64,000 nt of DNA from Hamiltosporidium tvaerminnensis FI-OER-3-3 (taxonomy: Eukaryota; Fungi; Microsporidia), in the NCBI GenBank assembly GCA_022605425.2, contig CM061254.1, positions 1-64,000 of the forward strand, written 5' to 3'. Shown here in pieces: positions 1 to 8,039 of this stretch. Position 1 is the first letter of the stretch. Every line of letters begins with the position of its first letter. Made by a program: the position numbers and the translations under genes. The notes beneath the pieces were generated by a model. That model made no database searches. It was not told where the DNA came from and worked only from the letters and a program-made list of their open reading frames with translations.

Positions 1-10
1 ACGTATTGCT
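1..10 (+). other. Oxford Nanopore ligation adapter remnant (technical, not genomic)
   Basis: ACGTATTGCT matches the 3' end of the ONT adapter (...CAGTTACGTATTGCT) and directly precedes the telomere. Confidence 0.85.
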
Positions 11-668
11 CCTAACCCTAACCCTAACCCTAACCCTAACCCTAACCCTAACCCTAACCCTAACCCTAACCCTAACCCTAACCCTAACCCTAACCCTAAC
101 CCTAACCCTAACCCTAACCCTAACCCTAACCCTAACCCTAACCCTAACCCTAACCCTAACCCTAACCCTAACCCTAACCCTAACCCTAACCCTAACCCTA
201 ACCCTAACCCTAACCCTAACCCTAACCCTAACCCTAACCCTAACCCTAACCCTAACCCTAACCCTAACCCTAACCCTAACCCTAACCCTAACCCTAACCC
301 TAACCCTAACCCTAACCCTAACCCTAACCCTAACCCTAACCCTAACCCTAACCCTAACCCTAACCCTAACCCTAACCCTAACCCTAACCCTAACCCTAAC
401 CCTAACCCTAACCCTAACCCTAACCCTAACCCTAACCCTAACCCTAACCCTAACCCTAACCCTAACCCTAACCCTAACCCTAACCCTAACCCTAACCCTA
501 ACCCTAACCCTAACCCTAACCCTAACCCTAACCCTAACCCTAACCCTAACCCTAACCCTAACCCTAACCCTAACCCTAACCCTAACCCTAACCCTAACCC
601 TAACCCTAACCCTAACCCTAACCCTAACCCTAACCCTAACCCTAACCCTAACCCTAACCCTAACCCTA
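11..668 (+). repeat. Telomere, (CCCTAA)n / (TTAGGG)n, about 110 units
   Basis: Uninterrupted CCCTAA array at the contig start, in the orientation expected for a left chromosome end. Confidence 0.99.
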
Positions 669-1195
669 CAAACCATAGGCCGTTCTCTAAACTTTCACAT
701 GAACAAATATTACAAGTACTGGATGGGAAATCCCCATTCACACCGTCAAGATACATTTTTATTTACATTAACAATATTAAAGTCAATAAAATAAAATTCT
801 ACAAACTTGCGATAGAGTCTCTATCCGAAGGAACAAGTCGATATATTATCAACATGGATTTCATAAACGATGAAACTGCTGAAATTATCTGCCGAGAAGA
901 CAAAAAAGAAATAATAAACGAAGCATTTATCAAACTTTCTAGTAATTCATTAAGTAGATCACCAGAAATTGACAATAATGGAACTTTACACATCTGCATG
1001 CTTTTTGAAAGAATGAGAAAGATAATCAACAGAAGTACAAACACAAATTTAAAACTAAGACAATTAGCAGTAAGTATTCTATATACAAAGAGATCTGAAC
1101 TGCTCGACGTGTTAAAAAGTGTTAACATTGAGGCCAACGATGTTAATATGGAACCACGATCGGGATCTCTCAGTGATAACCATATAAATGGTTAG
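668..1195 (+). CDS. Retrotransposon ORF1, N-terminally truncated by the telomere (first internal ATG at 854)
   Basis: The frame of ORF 854-1195 stays open for 62 more codons back to the telomere (TNHRPFSKLSHEQILQVLDGKSPFTPSRYIFIYINNIKVNKIKFYKLAIESLSEGTSRYIIN-MDF...). Its C-terminus aligns with the element 2 remnant, and it overlaps the ORF2 ATG. Confidence 0.75.
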   Translation, partial: TNHRPFSKLSHEQILQVLDGKSPFTPSRYIFIYINNIKVNKIKFYKLAIESLSEGTSRYIINMDFINDETAEIICREDKKEIINEAFIKLSSNSLSRSPEIDNNGTLHICMLFERMRKIINRSTNTNLKLRQLAVSILYTKRSELLDVLKSVNIEANDVNMEPRSGSLSDNHING

Positions 1196-3932
1196 AACAA
1201 TTGGATTTATAAACGTGGGCGGTTTATCAAACTTGAAAATAGAAAAAATAAATGAAATTCTTATAAAACACAAACCCGATATACTATGCATTGCTGAGAC
1301 ATGGAGGAATAATATTTTTCCGCTACACAATGATTATAGAATAGTGGCCGTTAAGTCAGCCATAGAGGTTACGAACAGATACGCAAAAAAGGAGGGAATG
1401 ATAATTATATCTAAAAAACATATGGAAGTAAGAAAACTTGAAAACATTACGACGGCAGGCCTCTGCATTAAACACGAACAGACAATACTGGTCTTTATTT
1501 ATAGAGAACATTCAAGCTCTGATGAAAAAATATTAAACGAAGAACTTAGTTCATACACAGATGCAAATATTATCTGCATTGGCGATTATAACTTGGAACA
1601 AAGAGCAAATCTAGAACAAGACGTGCTGAATAACCATGCTAAGTACGGCTTAGCAGAGGTAAACTTGCACACGAAAACTTTTATACATAACGAAAAAAGC
1701 TCTACCCCAGATAAAGTTTTCGCTAATTGCCCAGTCATTACGGATATAAAAACTATAGAAAACATAAATCATAAGCTAATAGTAGCACTTCTTCCAAAGG
1801 CACAGAAATGTGAGCCTCCTAAATACAAAATAAACTTGATTAAAAATTCTGATATAAGAAATATGATAACAAAGAAAATAGAACAATATACGGAAAGGTC
1901 TATAAATATCTTAAAATTTCTAAACGTTAACAATAAATGCTTACTACTACATTCCATACTTATCAAGAGTATGCGAAGAATTGAACGTCGAGAAAGACTT
2001 CATGACCGTTCAAATCCTATTATTCAACATGTAAGAAAGCTGCGCGATAAAGCAAGGAAAACAAATGCGAAAGAATATGATGAATTTAGACGCGAGGTAA
2101 AAAAGCTTGCTAAACGATTTGATAACTCAAGCCTACCACGAACAAACTTAAGATACACAAGCTTACAAGCTTCTGAATTGGAAAAGGTTATCTTATTCAA
2201 TGGCAAGACTGAACGAAAGCATACTAAAAATATAAGAGAATTACTAGATAGTTTTATCTTAGACGGAAATATAAAAGAAACAGAGAAAACTATAAAAGAA
2301 ATTAAAAATTTCTACGGAAAAACCAATATGAAACACAATTACAACCAACAAGACATGATTACAAGCTTCACACTGGCAGAAGTTTCTGCTATGATTAAAA
2401 ATCTGAAATCGGGAAAGTCGGGTGGGATTACAGGAATCAGAAATGAATTTCTTAAAATATGCCCAGAAAACTTTATAAATGAACTTACGAATCTATATAA
2501 TGCAATATTAGATACACAACAAATCCCCGACTCTTGGAAAAGGCATAAAATCAAGCCCATTCCGAAGGATAAAGATAATTTCAGACCAATCGCCTTAATT
2601 GAACAAACGAGAAAGCTTTTTGAGAAGCTATTATTGACAAAGATAGACATAAAGTTGCATAGACAGCAAACAGGTTTCAGAGCAAAACATTCCACTATTA
2701 ATCACGCACTTGCATTAGATACAATTCTAAGACACGTTAACGGAAAATATATTTGTGTAACACTAGACATAAAGAAAGCGTATGACAGTGTCTTTAGAAA
2801 AAACTTGTATAAGAAACTTCTGAGACAACAAAACTTTTCGATCAAAGATACCACATTGATTGCAAACTTGATAGAAAACAACAGCTATACTATATGTCAG
2901 AAAAATACTGGTAATATAAAATTTAAAACGGCTGCCTTGGGTCTACCTCAGGGAAGTATTATCTCTCCTATACTATTTAATATCTTTATAAACGACATTA
3001 TTTCTTATATTCCGAAAAAATATAGATACCACATTTTCTTATACGCGGATGATATAGTCATCTACTCGACATGCATGGTGGCTCTAAATACCATAATTGA
3101 CGGACTTTGCAAACATGCGGCACACAATAGATATTTATTTAATCCCAAAAAATGTTTCTATAATGCAACGAAAGATTTGAACATATTTATATATGGAAAG
3201 AAAATTGAAAAACAGAACCCGCTTAAATATCTTGGGTTTTATTTCAATAACCGCTGTGCCGATACAAACGAGACTTTAAAGACCATACGGAAAAAATCTA
3301 TAAAGGCTGCGGTTATTACAAACAGAGCATTTAAAAGATCAGAATTTAATTCCTTTCATAACTTACCACAACTAAAGCTACGTGCATATAACATGTACGT
3401 TCGTCCACATATAGATTACCACGCTGTACTCTTAGGATGCAATACAACTTTTAACACTGCGGCAGACCGGATACAAAAAGGTGTTATTAAATTTATGTAC
3501 AATATATACTACCGAACCCCTTCCAAGATTATCTATGCGCTATTCCCGATAGAATCAATTCCCCAGAGAGTTGAAAGACTAAGATATAGTCTTGGCGAGA
3601 GAATACTACAAATGAAAAAGACGATAATAAGATTTGCCTTTCTTAGACTATTCAGTAAGAACATCAGAAATATCAAGAACGGAATTAAAACAATTAGAAA
3701 AAAATTTCCTAATATGGACGCTAAAGAAAGATTTAAGAAACTGAACAAAGAAAATCTTAGGGTTAATTTTACTATTTTCCAAGAAATTGAACTTTTAAAA
3801 AAGTATAATTTTCAAAATAGCAACAAAGCCAATTTTGAAAGAATAACAAGAATCTTGAGTCCATTTAGAAAAGAAAAAGAAATTTCAGAAATTTTAAACT
3901 TATTTCAAATGGCAAATATTGCCCGCCCATAG
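1188..3932 (+). CDS. Non-LTR retrotransposon ORF2: APE-type endonuclease plus reverse transcriptase (914 aa)
   Basis: APE motifs: INVGGL, PDILCIAETW, IGDYN, TF..STPD, INH. RT motifs: KSGGITGI.NE, WK..IKPIPK..FRPIAL, QTGFR, LDIKKAYDSV, GLPQGSIISP, YADD, KYLG. C-terminal Y..YVRP.IDY. No RNase H or CCHC knuckle seen. Confidence 0.97.
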   Translation: MVRTIGFINVGGLSNLKIEKINEILIKHKPDILCIAETWRNNIFPLHNDYRIVAVKSAIEVTNRYAKKEGMIIISKKHMEVRKLENITTAGLCIKHEQTILVFIYREHSSSDEKILNEELSSYTDANIICIGDYNLEQRANLEQDVLNNHAKYGLAEVNLHTKTFIHNEKSSTPDKVFANCPVITDIKTIENINHKLIVALLPKAQKCEPPKYKINLIKNSDIRNMITKKIEQYTERSINILKFLNVNNKCLLLHSILIKSMRRIERRERLHDRSNPIIQHVRKLRDKARKTNAKEYDEFRREVKKLAKRFDNSSLPRTNLRYTSLQASELEKVILFNGKTERKHTKNIRELLDSFILDGNIKETEKTIKEIKNFYGKTNMKHNYNQQDMITSFTLAEVSAMIKNLKSGKSGGITGIRNEFLKICPENFINELTNLYNAILDTQQIPDSWKRHKIKPIPKDKDNFRPIALIEQTRKLFEKLLLTKIDIKLHRQQTGFRAKHSTINHALALDTILRHVNGKYICVTLDIKKAYDSVFRKNLYKKLLRQQNFSIKDTTLIANLIENNSYTICQKNTGNIKFKTAALGLPQGSIISPILFNIFINDIISYIPKKYRYHIFLYADDIVIYSTCMVALNTIIDGLCKHAAHNRYLFNPKKCFYNATKDLNIFIYGKKIEKQNPLKYLGFYFNNRCADTNETLKTIRKKSIKAAVITNRAFKRSEFNSFHNLPQLKLRAYNMYVRPHIDYHAVLLGCNTTFNTAADRIQKGVIKFMYNIYYRTPSKIIYALFPIESIPQRVERLRYSLGERILQMKKTIIRFAFLRLFSKNIRNIKNGIKTIRKKFPNMDAKERFKKLNKENLRVNFTIFQEIELLKKYNFQNSNKANFERITRILSPFRKEKEISEILNLFQMANIARP

Positions 3933-3940
3933 TACTACCC

Positions 3941-3962
3941 CACAGCTTTTGGCCAAGTTGTG
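3941..3962 (+). promoter_or_regulatory. 3'-UTR stem-loop with UUGGCC loop (element 1)
   Basis: CACAGCTT-TTGGCC-AAGTTGTG: 8-bp stem with one G-U pair, 9 nt after the stop codon. Confidence 0.7.
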
Positions 3963-4335
3963 AGAAACGTTAAAGCAAACTTAAAAAAAAAAAATAAAAA
4001 ATAATAAAATAAAATAATAGATATACTCATAATGAAAAATATTTTATAACGTAAAAACAAAAATAATAAAATAGAAAAGAAAAACCAAAGATATTTTAAT
4101 TACTTAAACCAAAATGAGTATATCTTATACGTAATAACCACTATTTTGAAACTGTGAGAAAAATTAAATATTTTTTATAACAAAAGAAAAATATAATAAT
4201 TTACTTTATTTGAAAACCATGTGAAAATTTTTTAAGCAATCGACGGATTCGGAATCATTAGCAAAAAATTGATATTTTTTTATTTGCTAGAATATGAACT
4301 TGCAAGAAACCTTCAAAAACATTAAGAAACGTTAC

Positions 4336-4473
4336 GGCAGGGAGCCCGAAAGGGACATTACTGCCATATTTTTATAATTTAAAAATCACCGGAGTTTTAT
4401 GAAATATGTTGACTACCCCGGTCAACATATAATTGTAGTGAGGAGGGGGTGTTGCTCCATTGAGTCTTTCTGG
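4336..4473 (+). other. Structured RNA module (GAAA-tetraloop motif plus a two-hairpin domain), copy 1
   Basis: GGCAG-GGAG-CCC-GAAA-GGG-ACATTA-CTGCC. Perfect 10-bp hairpin at 4404-4430 and a second hairpin at 4442-4458. Confidence 0.6.
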
Positions 4474-4538
4474 AATTTAAATACATTTTTTGTTTTAAAT
4501 TTTCAGTTTGTTAAATTATTTAAATAAAATCCATTTTC

Positions 4539-4697
4539 CCTAATAACAATAATCGTCTTAAGAGATTAGTCATTAAACTGATACAAAGTAGGGGAAGGGA
4601 CTTGTTGAGTATGTTAGAAAGCCTTAACATTCGGGCCAAAGAAGTTAAGGAAGAAGATGCACCTGAAAAAAACCTAGATCTTACCTATGAGTTCTAA
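4539..4697 (+). CDS. ORF1 C-terminal remnant of element 2 (5'-truncated; absent from the ORF track)
   Basis: NNNNRLKRLVIKLIQSRGRDLLSMLESLNIRAKEV aligns without gaps to element 1 NTNLKLRQLAVSILYTKRSELLDVLKSVNIEANDV. Both overlap the ORF2 ATG in the same +1 register. Confidence 0.75.
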   Translation, partial: PNNNNRLKRLVIKLIQSRGRDLLSMLESLNIRAKEVKEEDAPEKNLDLTYEF

Positions 4698-7428
4698 AAT
4701 AGGTTTTATTAACATAGGAGGCTTATCAACAATAAAAATTACTAAAATAAATAACTTACTACAATTACATAAACTAGACATCCTGGGTGTTGCAGAGACA
4801 TGGCGTGATGAAATAATTCCCCTGGATAACAACTACAAGATTCTGACAACAAAGCCATCATTAAGAGTAGACAGTAGGTATTCTAACAAAGAAGGGATGA
4901 TAGTTATAACGCGGAAGAACATTAAAGGAGAGATAATTGGAGAGATTACGGATTTTGGAATTTCAATAAAATTCGATAATCATATCCTTGTCTTTATCTA
5001 CCGTAGCCTGTCTAGCAATGATCATAATATAATAAAACCTGCAATACATGAGTTAACAAATCAAAAAATAATAATACTTGGAGATTATAACCTCGAGCAA
5101 ACTCGTGAATTGGAAGACAAAGTTTTGAATAATCATATGAACTATGGTCTATACGAATTAGATCTCCATGCAAACACATACAAACATAAGAACAAAATAT
5201 CTTCACCTGATAAAATTTTTTCTAACACCCCAATAAGAACAGATGCCATAGAAATTATAACAATAAACCACAAATTGATAATAGCAGAAACCTTTGAATT
5301 GCCTACTTCAGCCATTCCCGGGTATAAAATAAATTTAATAAAAGATAACAAAATAAGAAGTAAAATAACAAAGAGAATTGAAAAACTTGTTACAAAAAAT
5401 AAAGTTATATTGCAAAACCTAAATATTGAGGAGAAATGTAACTTCCTACACAAAATATTACTGAATGCCACGAGAATAATTCGGATCGTAGATAAGAAAA
5501 CAAAAAGAGGTAATCCAATAATTCAACACACAAGACAATTACGAGAAGCCCACAGAAACATACACACTGATACTTATAAGAAACTATGTTCTGACGTTAA
5601 AAAATTAAGAAGAAACTTTATTGAGGAAGAAATGCCTTTGGGTAACTTAAAACATGTTGGTTTAGAAGCATGTGAAGTGGAAAAAATAATAAAGTTCTAC
5701 GGAAAGGCTCAACCCAGAACAAATCTTTACCCTAAAGACTTGATAGACAAATTTGTACTAGATGGAAGGTACAATAAAGTAGAAAACACAATACAGGAAA
5801 TTGAAGATTACTACAGTAAAAATATTGAAAAAGGAGAATTTCGTGAAAACAAGATAACAGAGATCACGCTAGAAGAAGTTCTTAACAATATTAAAAGTCT
5901 TAAATTAGGCAAATCCGGAGGAATATCGGGTATAAGGAATGAATTTCTTAAGATATGCCCTAAAAACTTTGTTTCCGAACTTACAGATTTATTCAATAAG
6001 ATTATAGTAGACCAAGAAATTCCATCGTCATGGAAATTCCATCGAATCCAACCGGTACCGAAAGGAAACGACGACCTCAGGCCCATATCGCTTATTGAAG
6101 AAACAAGAAAACTTTTTGAAAAAATCATCTTAAGCAAATTTAATGTCCAACTTCATAAGCAACAGGCTGGTTTTAAGACAGGACATTCATCGCTTAACCA
6201 CGCGCTTGCACTCGACACACTCTTAAGACACAGCAACGGCGATATGATAAATGTAACACTTGACATTAAGAAAGCATATGATTCAGTTGACAGAAATAAA
6301 CTTTACAGGAAACTAATAAAACAGCAAAAATTTTCTATTAGAGACACAAAACTTATAGCCTACCTTATAGAGAATAACAAATACACTCTGTGCTCAAACA
6401 AAGCCACATCATTAGTGAAGACTGCATCAATAGGACTACCGCAAGGTAGCATTATTTCACCAACATTGTTTAATATATTTATTGATGATATTATTCACTT
6501 TATACAGAAAAGATTTAGACAGATGGTATTCCTATATGCTGACGATATTCTAATATGCGCACCAACGGTCCAAATTGCCCAAAATATCATATTGGGAATG
6601 GAAAGGCACTCAACGATTAATAATTACAGATTCAATCCGGATAAATGTTACTACAATACAACAAAAGATATCTGTATCAAAGTATACAACACTAATCTTA
6701 CAAAACAGAGCCCTCTAAAATACTTAGGTTTCTTCTTTAATAATAGAGGGGCAGACACGTTAAAATCTACCAAGATCATAAGACAGAAAGCTGTTAGGGC
6801 TGCAGTAATAATGAATAAAGTCATGACAAAGAGCATATTTTACAGAGAAGAAGATAAATTCAGAATGAAACTAAGAGGATATACTACGTTTGTGAGACCA
6901 CACATTGATTACTTTTCGCAATTATTAGGCTGTCAAAAAACCTTCCTTGATCAGGTAGATAGAATTCAGAAAGGTATAATAAAATACCTATTTAAGATTT
7001 ACTATCGAACACCCTCAAAGATAATTTACGCACTCTTCCCAATAGAAAATGCTTACCAAAGAGCAATTAGATTGAGGTACAATATAGCGTATAAACTAAA
7101 AAGAGCAAAAAACACAACTATTAGAAAATTATACTATAGGTTTAACTCAAAGAACCTGAAAAACATGAAAAACAATTATGTCAGATACCAGAAAATTTAC
7201 AAAAATGAAAGCTTTAAGATTAAATTAAAAAGAATTTTAAAAGAAAATTTAAGGTTAAACTTCAGAACATTTAGTTGGAGTAACACACTAAAAAAATACA
7301 ATTTCAAAACATGCACTAAAGACGAATTCTCACAGTTTTTAAATGTTATACGAACAGAATACAAAAGAAGAGATCTTGGTGATATTTTATTAAAATTTAT
7401 CTTGATATACATAAGCCTCCCACATTAA
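4687..7428 (+). CDS. Non-LTR retrotransposon ORF2: APE-type endonuclease plus reverse transcriptase (913 aa)
   Basis: INIGGL, DILGVAETW, LGDYN, SSPD, INH, LRPISL, QAGFK, LDIKKAYDSV, GLPQGSIISP, YADD, KYLG. Collinear with 1188-3932. Confidence 0.97.
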   Translation: MSSKIGFINIGGLSTIKITKINNLLQLHKLDILGVAETWRDEIIPLDNNYKILTTKPSLRVDSRYSNKEGMIVITRKNIKGEIIGEITDFGISIKFDNHILVFIYRSLSSNDHNIIKPAIHELTNQKIIILGDYNLEQTRELEDKVLNNHMNYGLYELDLHANTYKHKNKISSPDKIFSNTPIRTDAIEIITINHKLIIAETFELPTSAIPGYKINLIKDNKIRSKITKRIEKLVTKNKVILQNLNIEEKCNFLHKILLNATRIIRIVDKKTKRGNPIIQHTRQLREAHRNIHTDTYKKLCSDVKKLRRNFIEEEMPLGNLKHVGLEACEVEKIIKFYGKAQPRTNLYPKDLIDKFVLDGRYNKVENTIQEIEDYYSKNIEKGEFRENKITEITLEEVLNNIKSLKLGKSGGISGIRNEFLKICPKNFVSELTDLFNKIIVDQEIPSSWKFHRIQPVPKGNDDLRPISLIEETRKLFEKIILSKFNVQLHKQQAGFKTGHSSLNHALALDTLLRHSNGDMINVTLDIKKAYDSVDRNKLYRKLIKQQKFSIRDTKLIAYLIENNKYTLCSNKATSLVKTASIGLPQGSIISPTLFNIFIDDIIHFIQKRFRQMVFLYADDILICAPTVQIAQNIILGMERHSTINNYRFNPDKCYYNTTKDICIKVYNTNLTKQSPLKYLGFFFNNRGADTLKSTKIIRQKAVRAAVIMNKVMTKSIFYREEDKFRMKLRGYTTFVRPHIDYFSQLLGCQKTFLDQVDRIQKGIIKYLFKIYYRTPSKIIYALFPIENAYQRAIRLRYNIAYKLKRAKNTTIRKLYYRFNSKNLKNMKNNYVRYQKIYKNESFKIKLKRILKENLRLNFRTFSWSNTLKKYNFKTCTKDEFSQFLNVIRTEYKRRDLGDILLKFILIYISLPH

Positions 7429-7436
7429 AATGAAAC

Positions 7437-7460
7437 GGTTGACTATTGGCCTAGTTAACC
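7437..7460 (+). promoter_or_regulatory. 3'-UTR stem-loop with UUGGCC loop (element 2)
   Basis: GGTTGACTA-TTGGCC-TAGTTAACC: 9-bp stem with one G-U pair, 9 nt after the stop codon. Confidence 0.7.
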
Positions 7461-7488
7461 TACAACACACAAAAAAACAAACACAAAA

Positions 7489-7702
7489 GGCGGGGAGCCA
7501 GAAATGGACGATACCGCCATATTTAAATATTTGGCTTGATTTACACTGCGAGAAGAGATTGGGGACTAGTAACGAGCGCGAGTTGGCCATGGGAGTTAGA
7601 CCCCCCAAAGACACAGTTGCATTAAAGGGGGTCTTATTGCATATATGAGCGCGGATCATTAATACCCTTTATGTAAGGGCTATACAGTAAGAGATAAGTC
7701 AA
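7489..7702 (+). other. Structured RNA module, copy 2
   Basis: GGCGG-GGAG-CCA-GAAA-TGG-ACGATA-CCGCC. AGACCCCC (7598-7605) is complementary to GGGGGTCT (7627-7634), and TTGGCTT/AAGTCAA could form a closing stem. Confidence 0.6.
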
Positions 7703-8039
7703 TCGTAAAGAGGTGATAGTTTTATTAAAAACTAGCAGTGTGCATAAAAGGTGATGACGACTGACGAGTAGACAAGGATGTTGTTTTCTTGCCTATTAAG
7801 GGTTGTTGTATGATGATCTTTAGGAGTTTTAGCTTGATTGAATATAGCCTGAGCCTAAAAGGAGTTAATTCCTGCTGAATAAAGTATGACAATAGGACCC
7901 CTTGTTTGATGTATAACATAGTCATCGGGTGGTCTTAAGGCTAGGAGAGTAGTTTAGTTAGTTTAAGACTTGTTAATAGTGACCCTAAAACTCTATAGTA
8001 AAGGTGGGTTAATCATTTCTAGAACTTTCTAGAAATATA

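Larger units (their letters stand above)
669..4543 (+). mobile_element. Telomere-adjacent non-LTR retrotransposon, element 1 (5'-truncated within ORF1; intact APE-RT ORF2; ~610-nt 3' region)
   Basis: ORF1 remnant, then a 914-aa APE/RT ORF, then a 3' hairpin, an A-rich tract and structured modules. The 3' boundary is inferred at CCCTAA 4538-4543, where element 2 ORF1 homology begins. Confidence 0.85.
4544..7988 (+). mobile_element. Telomere-adjacent non-LTR retrotransposon, element 2 (diverged relative of element 1; 5'-truncated; intact ORF2; ~560-nt 3' region)
   Basis: Collinear with element 1. The 3' boundary is inferred at CCCTAA 7983-7988, shortly before the composition switches to very AT-rich DNA. 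Confidence 0.8.

Noticed and set aside
6-794. 262-aa (LT)n ORF
   Set aside because: It is a translation of the telomeric repeat starting in adapter sequence.
4389-4473. Hammerhead reading of the three-way junction (TTATGA ... GTC)
   Set aside because: Lacks CUGANGA and GAAA; kept only as an unassigned structure.
799-7412. Antisense ORFs over the retrotransposons
   Set aside because: Shadow frames of the sense ORFs with no recognisable motifs.
7650-7662. GCGGATCATTA resembling the 3' end of SSU rRNA
   Set aside because: The upstream GTCGTAACAAGG helix and all other rRNA signatures are absent.
7761-7800. CTGACGAG plus a hairpin as a hammerhead ribozyme
   Set aside because: No GAAA core after the putative stem II, and no matching stems I/III.
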